The translations under genes were made by a program, and so were the position numbers. Under the pieces are notes generated by a model. The model searched no databases, was not told the DNA's origin, and saw nothing but the letters and a program-made list of their open reading frames with translations. A stretch of DNA of 62,358 bases, filler included, from Candidatus Delongbacteria bacterium (GTDB lineage: Bacteria > UBA4055): NCBI GenBank assembly GCA_016937995.1. It is 4 parts of 4 records of this genome, joined end to end, with 100 filler letters (N's around TTAATTAATTAA, not from the genome) between each part and the next. Parts side by side here need not be neighbours in the genome. Positions count along the whole stretch, not along the records: positions 47,044 to 56,166 come from JAFGVM010000026.1; positions 56,267 to 62,358 come from JAFGVM010000027.1; 2 more parts are not named here. One strand, written 5' to 3'. Shown piece by piece: positions 50,401-58,018 of this stretch (the stretch's first letter is position 1; every line of letters begins with the position of its first letter).

Positions 50401-51394
50401 CGAGCCCGAGCCTTACATAGATAAGGTTGTTATTTCTGCAGAAATGAACTATTGGGGATATCCTACTATCCTTGATGAAAATTGGGGTTATTTCTTTTCT
50501 TTATACTATAATTATGATCTATTGGCTTATATATCGGGTTATACAATAAATTATGAACCTTATGGTTTAAAACCATTTACTGAAGGAGATCCGTATCCGG
50601 CAGGTAGTATTAGCTCAAATGAACCACCAAGTAGAGAATCAACATTACTATACAATGCAATGAGGCTTGAACAGGATGATAAGTATTCAGCATCAATTAA
50701 TTTATATGAAAAGATTATTGAAGAATATACTGATAGTGAAGAGTATTATGTTGCAACGGCAAGATTACCTTATGTATATGATGAAGCCGAAGAACCGTTA
50801 GCTAGGTTACTTGATACTTATGACGAAGCTCTTGCATCGGAAGAAATTACAAACAAGAAATTCTTCAAAGAAATGAAAGTTTCTACGAAGATAAAAGATA
50901 AAAAATACGATGAAGCAATTATTCTTGCAGAAGAGATGAAGTCAGAAGCAACTACTGATGAAGAAAAAGCACTATCAGACATTGATATTGCAATTGCAAA
51001 TATGATGAAAGATGCTGAAAGTAAAGGTAAGGGATCATATACTTCTTCATCTGTTAGTGATTTACTTGCTAAATTGACAGGAGATGAAACTGAAAGTGAA
51101 AAAACTGATATTGCAGGTACTGCTTTACCAACGGAATTTGCATTATATCAGAACTATCCGAATCCTTTTAATCCTGTTACACAAATTAAATTTGCTTTAC
51201 CTACAGCAGGTAGTATAAAATTAAATGTCTATAACATTAACGGACAATTAGTTTCAGAGCTTGTGAATGGAAGTAAAGAAGCAGGAATTTATACTATTAA
51301 TTTCAATGCAAATAATTATAACTCAGGCATATATTTTTACACTCTTGAAGCAAATGGAATGAGTATTACTAAGAAGATGATTTTAACGAAGTAA
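47420..51394 (+). CDS. Large secreted zinc metalloprotease (M6-like) with beta-helix, TPR-like segment and CTD
   Basis: Signal peptide; HELGH..F..GD; YDLM Met-turn; FLIEY; beta-helix repeats; A..NYWG; QNYPNPFNP CTD. Confidence 0.8.
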   Translation: MKVEKIIILLLLFVTHSLISQEQDEKRIIEWFVHVYIASWDDIPIANLEFNTNLTDTSRVIDNWNEITEEFVREKQWYPVMFNIPDKYDETKLIGIHEYLTLYGEEVNGVKKIDYEPLLAKALNEYFLSMTNKYDVKLTFETDPTNQGSKYWDITGPPYDPEEYTHENELTDLIIEKYCDEYGTEEGMALWESHHDYRHVTMLVFPRALNGYYDGGVSHGSTVYAYYNRDALNITTHTIAHELGHSIFQFGDKGYDRNVFWGYIDGASMGKTFSTTGAYDLMYHNDCFSSPFALYGLIPMTTQDLINYQYTVFDNVINFEGNELCNKIQVTLKAEKKPISDEEIANNVANALILPVRGIDFSETSDNSVEDQHFLIEYKNGKRFDNFSPLYHENESRGVMISHVINATGDDEVIDIECAVPFEEGQRVGIGSDLYFCGKPVNDWMDDLWPNSVYDECLGGKGAWWKAPTALNMCGLPTDFFNDTDRNMFTPTTYPSTNSWEDRETHIAVLVNELDDEYADVTVYRNYFSVPLCDTNSKELDYGIWGLEITNDGYIGENFYVGEGKYLYLGGGEIEAPKTTLVPGTDMFVSNTGVLQLKNYSVLGLENSKLEFKTGSIFLPMSESKIVIDNSELFFQDGSEIDQTYINNYDISIEGESSFYKSNFDLIEGSLLTLNFRSTFNLISGTTLTVANDSKLMFKYGSELVIEDGATLVLEEGVDIELVYGSKIIVKNGGSLKLLENSELVITNEIDLIIEPDAIIEAETGAKITVEGLATLDLTNVTITGNTTWQGIVAEIGSKVTLLNTRISNAVCGLYAEGSEIYGIYTDIDIKNSSFTDCENGVSLVNCEKYSIDYNHFYGKGGSTGSGITLTHCGLPITGNFVSNYGIGVKLVSSSLTLAKNTIKNNINNGMFITGNGSKPTLVDVVTKDLTQKSINNDIIDNGLTGTFYARSQIYMRYCAGVYMTNGYNNVYSGQNGTIPSVPCIKGIYQPIINEPEPYIDKVVISAEMNYWGYPTILDENWGYFFSLYYNYDLLAYISGYTINYEPYGLKPFTEGDPYPAGSISSNEPPSRESTLLYNAMRLEQDDKYSASINLYEKIIEEYTDSEEYYVATARLPYVYDEAEEPLARLLDTYDEALASEEITNKKFFKEMKVSTKIKDKKYDEAIILAEEMKSEATTDEEKALSDIDIAIANMMKDAESKGKGSYTSSSVSDLLAKLTGDETESEKTDIAGTALPTEFALYQNYPNPFNPVTQIKFALPTAGSIKLNVYNINGQLVSELVNGSKEAGIYTINFNANNYNSGIYFYTLEANGMSITKKMILTK

Positions 51395-51421
51395 TTATAC
51401 TAAAACTAAACAAGAATCTTG

Positions 51422-51450
51422 AGAGGTGGCTTAAAACCACCTCTTTTTTA
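51422..51450 (+). terminator. Intrinsic terminator
   Basis: AGAGGTGG-cttaaaa-CCACCTCT plus T-run. Confidence 0.8.
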
Positions 51451-51456
51451 TATCTT

Positions 51457-51629
51457 TAAATTGACACATAGGGATTGTTTTAAAAAGAAAAATTAATAAG
51501 GGCTAACGGTCATGGCAAAAAGCGATAAGGGTAGTCAAGTAGGGGAGTATAGTTATTTTGCCAATGTTAGCCCTTGTTTATTTTTCTTTTTCAATAAGAT
51601 AAGAACTACAATCCCTATGTGTCAATTTA
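51457..51629. mobile_element. MITE-like 173-bp element with 22-bp perfect terminal inverted repeats
   Basis: TAAATTGACACATAGGGATTGT (51457-51478) / ACAATCCCTATGTGTCAATTTA (51608-51629); nested internal arms; second copy at 56119. Confidence 0.7.
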
Positions 51630-51789
51630 CTCTTTTATGTCTGAAAATAAAAATATTTATTTCCGTTAATTTAGATTAGTAAAAAGAAATTCTAAAAAAC
51701 TGTTGCTAATTTACAAAATATTATATAATTATATAATTGTAATCATTACGAGCGGTAACTATGTAAATATTTTGAAACAGGTAAAAAGT

Positions 51790-53205
51790 ATGAGAAATTT
51801 TGTATTAGTGTTACTTATATTCACATCAATACATTCTCAATACGAATGGAGCGAACCTTTACTTTTATCAACAGCAGATCATAATATTCAACCAAATATT
51901 GTTTTAGATCAAAACGAAAATATCTATATTTTCTGGTCTGAAAGGACTATTAACGACTCAAGTGATTATTGCCATATTGTATATTCATACTCAGTTGATA
52001 AGGGTAACAATTGGACTCCAAAGATTGATCTTACACCTGAAAATACTTACTATTGGTTTCATAATGTTCAGGCTATAGTAGATTCAGATAACAATATTCA
52101 CATTTGTTATAATTGTATGGATACTGGAAGATTCTATTATCAAAAATGTATTGAAGGTGTGTGGTCAGACCCTGAGTTTCTAAATACCTACATTATGGCA
52201 ATGCCGAGAATGGTAATTGATAGTACAGACCGTATTTATCTGTTTTATATGCTTGGGGATACCGAATATTATATTTTTAAAAACAAAGAATCAGGATGGA
52301 CTGAATTTTATGAAGTACCATACAAGTATTATATCAGCGAATTTGTTTTAGATGAAAGTAATAATATTTACGGTGTAGGGGGAGATAATGATCCTTACAC
52401 TGATGAAAAAGCATGTTTATTAAAATATGAAAAGAATTCAGAAAGTTGGACAGATTTTATTGATGTAAGTGAAGGTTGTATTAATTCAAAATCAACAGCA
52501 GATAATATATTACTTGAGGGAGATGGAACAATTCATATTGTAATCGATGATGGAATTTCAAGAGATTATGACAGAACTTTGTATAAAAAAGGTAATATTT
52601 CAAATTTAAATATATGGACTCAAGCTGAACTTATAAACGTAAATGGATCTGCTTGGTGGAAATATATATTTATTGATCAAAATGGTTCGATTAATATCTT
52701 AGAAGATAATGATATTGATAATGAATTCCTTCACCATGTAAAAAACCAATCAGTATGGCAAACTTATAACTGCCAAATAGATGATTCTATTACAATGAAT
52801 GATTTCTATTTAGAATACAGGAATAATCACATTTATTTGACTTATAATACTACTGAGGAAATATTAGGCAATTTCTATACAAAGATTTATTTTATAAAAA
52901 AAGAGATAGAAACAGGTATAGAAAATAGTGATGAAATAGTAATGAACTACGAACTAGCTCAAAACTATCCGAATCCGTTTAACCCGGTAACTACTATAAA
53001 ATTTGACCTTGCTGAGACAGGAAACGTTAAACTTTCTGTATTCAATATTAATGGTCAAGTAGTAAAGGAACTTGTTAACGGTAGGTATAATGCAGGATAT
53101 CATTCTGTTAATTTTGATGCATCCAGACTGAATTCAGGACTGTATTTTTATAGACTTGATTCAGGTAACAGAACATATGTTAAAAAGATGCTTCTGACTA
53201 AATAA
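51790..53205 (+). CDS. Secreted BNR/beta-propeller protein with CTD
   Basis: Signal peptide from ATG 51790; Asp-box S.DKGNNW; repeated D...IHI..W blades; QNYPNPFNP CTD. Confidence 0.8.
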   Translation: MRNFVLVLLIFTSIHSQYEWSEPLLLSTADHNIQPNIVLDQNENIYIFWSERTINDSSDYCHIVYSYSVDKGNNWTPKIDLTPENTYYWFHNVQAIVDSDNNIHICYNCMDTGRFYYQKCIEGVWSDPEFLNTYIMAMPRMVIDSTDRIYLFYMLGDTEYYIFKNKESGWTEFYEVPYKYYISEFVLDESNNIYGVGGDNDPYTDEKACLLKYEKNSESWTDFIDVSEGCINSKSTADNILLEGDGTIHIVIDDGISRDYDRTLYKKGNISNLNIWTQAELINVNGSAWWKYIFIDQNGSINILEDNDIDNEFLHHVKNQSVWQTYNCQIDDSITMNDFYLEYRNNHIYLTYNTTEEILGNFYTKIYFIKKEIETGIENSDEIVMNYELAQNYPNPFNPVTTIKFDLAETGNVKLSVFNINGQVVKELVNGRYNAGYHSVNFDASRLNSGLYFYRLDSGNRTYVKKMLLTK

Positions 53206-53212
53206 TCGATAT

Positions 53213-53254
53213 ATGAATAACGGCAGGATTGTGCCTGCCGTTATTCATTCTTTT
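53213..53254 (+). terminator. Strong hairpin/terminator
   Basis: ATGAATAACGGCAGG-attgtg-CCTGCCGTTATTCAT (15-bp perfect arms) followed by TCTTTT. Confidence 0.8.
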
Positions 53255-53311
53255 GCAAAAAGTGTATTAATTTATTATATTAAAAGATTTATTGATTATT
53301 TTGTGGAGCTG

Positions 53312-54802
53312 ATGATGAAAAATATTATTTTTTTTATAATCATTACTACGGTAGTGTATAGTAAAACATTTTGGTCAGATCCTATTCAGATATCAGAAGA
53401 TGCACAATGGCCAGAAGCAATGATAGGATATCCTGAAATAATAGTTGATAATAACGGACATATACATGCATTCTGGTCAAAAAGTTTTCAGATTGAACCC
53501 GGTTCTCTTAACTGGTATTCACAGATTGAATATAGTAAGTCTAATGATGGTGGTAATACATGGAGTGAAATTGAGAATCTAACTTCGGATTATAATTCAA
53601 AAAGAATTTGTGAAATAAAAGCAGTATGTGATTCAAATAACAATATTCATCTGACATACGGAAGAGCTTATAATCCACCGATTGATGATATTTACTACAT
53701 GGTATATAACGGAAAGGAATGGACTATCCCTGAAATAATAGTTAATTCAATGTATGATATGTATTTGAAAATGGAAATAAGCAATTCAGATATTGTATAC
53801 TTAGTATGGAACAGCGGATATTATGGAGCTCTTAAATATATAGATTTAAAAAATGATAACCCAAATTGGTCTGACATATTTTTCTTGAGTGAAGATGATT
53901 ATTATATAAAAAATATAAGTATTGATCAAAATGATGATCTATACGCAATCGGAACTTCTAACTTTTATGATCAGGCTAATCACACGTATATAAATAGACC
54001 GTATTTATTTAAATTCGATATTGATTCAATTGCTTGGACAAAAATAGAAGAAATCGGGAGTTATAAAGAAGAAGTACGTGGAAGAGCAATTGTGGTCAAT
54101 GGGAATGATTTATATATAAATATTTCTGTTGGACCTACTATGGGAGACAATATAATTGAACATCTTGAGTCTGATAATACAAACATTGAATGGTCAGCTC
54201 CTTATAATTACGGTTCAAATAATAACTGGGATTGTGAAATGTATAAAGATAATAATGATTTTCTTCATTTATTTGAAAAGCATTATTACGAAGTTAATAA
54301 TCCAGAAGGAATTACAGGTTTAATACATAGTATAGGTAAAAACGGTATATGGGAAACAACAGTAATTGACTCGAGTGAAGATTATAGTTATTCTAATCCA
54401 AGAGTAACATATGATATAAAAAATGATATGAATTATTTAGTATATGGGAAATTTGATAGAATTAATGATATTGGTAAGATTTACTTTCATTCTAAGTTAA
54501 ATGATACTAGCATTGAAGAATATTCTGCAATCCCAAATGAAACAGTACTTTTTCAAAACTATCCGAACCCATTTAATAATGAAACGGTTATACCGTATAA
54601 ATTAAAGGAAAATTCAGAAGTTGAGATAAATATTTATAATCTGAAAGGAGAATTGGTAAAAATTGTAAAACAGGGATTTCAGTATAAAGGAACATATAAA
54701 TACAAACTGAAAGTAAATGAAATGAGTACCGGAATTTATTATTATAGTTTAAAAATTGGAAATACAACTACAGGAATAAGAAAAATGCTGTATCTAAAAT
54801 AA
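53312..54802 (+). CDS. Secreted BNR/beta-propeller protein with CTD (paralog of 51790)
   Basis: GGAG RBS, signal peptide MMKNIIFF; Asp-box SNDGGNTW; QNYPNPFNN CTD. Confidence 0.8.
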   Translation: MMKNIIFFIIITTVVYSKTFWSDPIQISEDAQWPEAMIGYPEIIVDNNGHIHAFWSKSFQIEPGSLNWYSQIEYSKSNDGGNTWSEIENLTSDYNSKRICEIKAVCDSNNNIHLTYGRAYNPPIDDIYYMVYNGKEWTIPEIIVNSMYDMYLKMEISNSDIVYLVWNSGYYGALKYIDLKNDNPNWSDIFFLSEDDYYIKNISIDQNDDLYAIGTSNFYDQANHTYINRPYLFKFDIDSIAWTKIEEIGSYKEEVRGRAIVVNGNDLYINISVGPTMGDNIIEHLESDNTNIEWSAPYNYGSNNNWDCEMYKDNNDFLHLFEKHYYEVNNPEGITGLIHSIGKNGIWETTVIDSSEDYSYSNPRVTYDIKNDMNYLVYGKFDRINDIGKIYFHSKLNDTSIEEYSAIPNETVLFQNYPNPFNNETVIPYKLKENSEVEINIYNLKGELVKIVKQGFQYKGTYKYKLKVNEMSTGIYYYSLKIGNTTTGIRKMLYLK

Positions 54803-54813
54803 GGAGGAGCATT

Positions 54814-56070
54814 ATGAAGACTGTACGAATATTAGCTGTGTTATTTTTTTCTATTTCTTTATTAGGAGATCTTACATGGGAAAAAATGTTCACTGAAATT
54901 GATTTTGATGTGCGGGAAATAAAAAGTGGAAATGTGAATGGATTTGACTACATCGAATATTTCTTTGTTTCACCTGATAGTGGACTGATATTTTATCAGG
55001 ATGGGAATCTAAATATTCATAAACAGGAACTTGGTCTCAGGATCAAATCAGCTGATTGTATTGGTGAGTATATGGTCACTGATAATATTATTTTTGTATA
55101 TGGAGACGGAACTGAAAGTGATGGTTATGAGAAATATTATCCTGCTACAGATTCGACAGAATTTGTTGGATGGTTAAGCAATCCAAGTTTCATAAAATGG
55201 TTAAGTACCGGATTCTACATTGCATCAGAGGAAGGTTTGATTTTTGGGAATGGAGATTCTTGGGAGACTGTTGATAATTTTCTAACAACAAGCATAAAAG
55301 ATATTGAAGAAACATCAACTGGAAAAATATTTTTAAGTGCAAGAGTCAGAAATGTTTCCAATGAAGTAATTTTTATGAAAACAGAATCCGGTTATGATTC
55401 TCTAAATAGCGGATTTGGTGATATTAATGATATTTTCATCGATTCAAATAATAAAGTACTTATCACTCTGGGAACAGGAACATATTCTGACGGATTATAT
55501 GAAGTTAGTTACAATGATACAGTTATCACCGGAATAGAACTGATCGATTATATATTTGAAGCAAATTTGATTTATGAATACACAGACTCGTATATTGTAT
55601 CAGATAAAAATGGATCAGGACTGACAATTGTTCCAAAAGAAACAGGAATAGCAAGAAATCATAATCATGGTCTTGAAATTGACAGTATTTATTGTTTTTC
55701 AACTATAAAAGACCTTGATACTCCAAATTTTCTGATAGGTACTAATAATGGTGTTTATATGTGCACAGGAACTACTTCAATCGATCCTGATATGATAGGC
55801 TCAATAAGCAGCTATAAACTCCATCAGAATTATCCGAATCCGTTCAATCCAGTGACAACTATATCTTTCGATCTAAATAAAACAGGAAATGTAAAACTGA
55901 CAGTATTCAATTTTAACGGTCAGGTAGTGAAAGAACTTGTAAATGATAAGATGGATGCCGGATATCATACAATTAACTTTAATGCTGAAGGGATGAATTC
56001 AGGTATTTATTTTTACACACTTGAAGTCGGAAATACAAAATATGCCAGAAATATGATCTTGGTAAAATAG
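54814..56070 (+). CDS. Secreted beta-propeller-like protein with CTD
   Basis: AGGAGG RBS, signal peptide, internal repeat (GDGTESDG / GTGTYSDG), GTNNGVY, QNYPNPFNP CTD. Confidence 0.8.
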   Translation: MKTVRILAVLFFSISLLGDLTWEKMFTEIDFDVREIKSGNVNGFDYIEYFFVSPDSGLIFYQDGNLNIHKQELGLRIKSADCIGEYMVTDNIIFVYGDGTESDGYEKYYPATDSTEFVGWLSNPSFIKWLSTGFYIASEEGLIFGNGDSWETVDNFLTTSIKDIEETSTGKIFLSARVRNVSNEVIFMKTESGYDSLNSGFGDINDIFIDSNNKVLITLGTGTYSDGLYEVSYNDTVITGIELIDYIFEANLIYEYTDSYIVSDKNGSGLTIVPKETGIARNHNHGLEIDSIYCFSTIKDLDTPNFLIGTNNGVYMCTGTTSIDPDMIGSISSYKLHQNYPNPFNPVTTISFDLNKTGNVKLTVFNFNGQVVKELVNDKMDAGYHTINFNAEGMNSGIYFYTLEVGNTKYARNMILVK

Positions 56071-56118
56071 TTATACTGTACCAAAAAGTGGCATCAAAAC
56101 CACCTCTTTTTATATCTT

Positions 56119-56166
56119 TAAATTGACTCATAGGGATTGTTTTAAGAAAAATTAATAAGGGCTAAC
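56119..56166. mobile_element. Second copy of the MITE-like element, truncated by contig end
   Basis: TAAATTGACTCATAGGGATTGTTTTAAGAAAAATTAATAAGGGCTAAC, near-identical to 51457-51507. Confidence 0.75.
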
Positions 56167-56266
56167 NNNNNNNNNNNNNNNNNNNNNNNNNNNNNNNNNN
56201 NNNNNNNNNNTTAATTAATTAANNNNNNNNNNNNNNNNNNNNNNNNNNNNNNNNNNNNNNNNNNNN
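56167..56266. other. Artificial contig linker
   Basis: N44-TTAATTAATTAA-N44. Confidence 0.98.
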
Positions 56267-56316
56267 CGCGAATTCAATGATGAGGGTGTTTTATAAATTA
56301 TGATCTGATATTTTTT

Positions 56317-56342
56317 AAAGGGAGTGTTCACTCCCTTTTTTT
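56317..56342 (+). terminator. Intrinsic terminator of an upstream (truncated) gene
   Basis: AAAGGGAGTG-tt-CACTCCCTTT plus T-run. Confidence 0.8.
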
Positions 56343-56411
56343 ATGCGATAAATATCATTGATAATCTTGAAATTGATATGTATTTTATAGTGTAACTAAT
56401 TTGAGGTGGAA

Positions 56412-57953
56412 GTGAAAAAGTGTTTTATTATTGTATTACTGATTGCACTTATTACGATCAATGCTGAATATTTACCCGGTGATCATATCCCTGATATGCA
56501 GTTCACTGACACAAATATAGATTCTTCAGGCACTGTAATATACTCAGATCAAAGTACTAAGGACATAATATCTTCTGGAAAAATTGTTGTAATCAGCTTT
56601 TTCGGGGTCGGTTGAAGTACATGTCTTTCAGAGGGAGTGTCCCTAAAAAATATTCAGAATGATATAGGAACCGACAGTGTCTATTTTATTGGAGCTACTC
56701 CGACTCAAGGATTTTCTGATAAAGACCTTAACGGAGATTTCTGGAGGAATATTTATAATGCAGGATTAAAATATCAAATATCAAATCATGATGAACTGGG
56801 AAAAGAGATGGTGATGTTCTCCACCACACAGTATACACCACAATTAGTTATTATCGGACAGGATTCTAAATTGGTATTTTCTCATTTTGGTATGATTGAT
56901 GAGGATAGTATAAGAGTAGAGATCAGAAAAGCACTTGATGGTTTTGGAAATTTACAACAGACTAGAAAATTAGATAATATTTTTATTAATGGATCCAGAT
57001 CTGTTATTGATCTCAATGCAAATTTTGCTACTGTGGATTTATCAAATATTGTTTATGAAATTTTATCTGTCACTGACAATACGATCATTGATGCAGACCT
57101 TATAGATTCGCAACTGATATTAAGCAGAGGCTCTAATACTGGAATGACCAATATAAAGATAAAAGCTGCTAATATGTCAGAATCGGTAATAGATTCATTT
57201 GATGTAATGAGATATCCTGCGAATGCAAATATCCTGGACTTTGAATCGGGGAATTTATATGATCATTGGTTCCATGAAGGTGACGCTGACTGGTATCTAG
57301 ACTCTGATACTGTTTTTGAGGGTGAAGGGTGTGCCAGATCAGGTTATATTGATGCTCCAGGCGATGGAGAAGTGAATTATACTTTGTTAAAGACAACATT
57401 TGAATCAACACTTGATGATACTGTCAGTTTTGCTTATAAAATATCTTCTCAGTATGAAAGTGATGGATTTGAAGTTCTCATAGACGGGATATGGGTGGAT
57501 TTTCCTGACAGCAGATGGTCAGGTGAAGTGGACTGGTCTTTTGCGGAATATCCTGTTCCTGCAGGCAAGCATACTATTGAATGGGATTATTTTAAATGGG
57601 ATTATAACTATTCAGGCAAAGATGCAGCCTGGATAGATATAATAAGGATCCCTGGAATAATTACAGGCATTGAGCATGTTGTTATACCAACAAAAACTCA
57701 TTTGAACGGGAATTATCCAAATCCTTTCAACAATGAGACAGTTATTAAATATCAATTGAACAGTTCTAGCAAAGTTAAGCTGTTTGTTTTCAATATTAAT
57801 GGGGAATTTGTTTCTGAATTGATCAATGAGAAACAAAACAGTGGACAGCATCAGGTGATTTTTAATGCAGAAAATATTAACAGTGGTGTTTATTTCTATA
57901 GATTAGAAGCAGGAACTGAGGTCCAGACCGGGAAAATGATGTTTTTGAAATAG
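56412..57953 (+). CDS. Putative secreted selenoprotein: thioredoxin-fold (UxxC) domain, beta-rich domains and T9SS-like CTD (joins ORFs 56406-56615 and 56637-57953)
   Basis: The two ORFs are in frame. Read-through of TGA 56613-56615 gives GKIVVISFFGVG-U-STC-LSEGVSLKNIQ, aligning with TlpA/redoxin FWATW-C-xx-C. N-terminal signal peptide; CTD NYPNPFNN...KMMFLK. GTG start at 56412 or 56406. Confidence 0.8.
56632..56644 (+). promoter_or_regulatory. Candidate bacterial SECIS element
   Basis: AGGGA-GTG-TCCCT hairpin starting 16 nt after the in-frame TGA, with G first in the apical loop. Confidence 0.6.
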
Positions 57954-57965
57954 TGGTCAGTATCC

Positions 57966-57995
57966 AGTGGAAGATTCCCATGCCTTCCCCTCTAC
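57966..57995 (-). repeat. Degenerate GTAG-type REP
   Basis: Minus strand GTAGAGGGGAAGGCATGGGAATCTTCCACT, related to the GGGAAGGCATAGGAACCTTCCC element at 2494-2524. Confidence 0.55.
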
Positions 57996-58018
57996 GATAA
58001 ATCATTGTGGATAAAGAA

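Noticed and set aside
56613-56615. TGA read as Trp or Gly (alternative genetic code)
   Set aside because: Other genes here (thiN, speA) end at TGA, no other gene appears split by TGA, and this codon aligns with the catalytic Cys.
56317-56644. Upstream terminator shares AGGGAGTGT with the SECIS-like hairpin
   Set aside because: A 9-nt match about 300 nt apart with a probable promoter between; likely chance.
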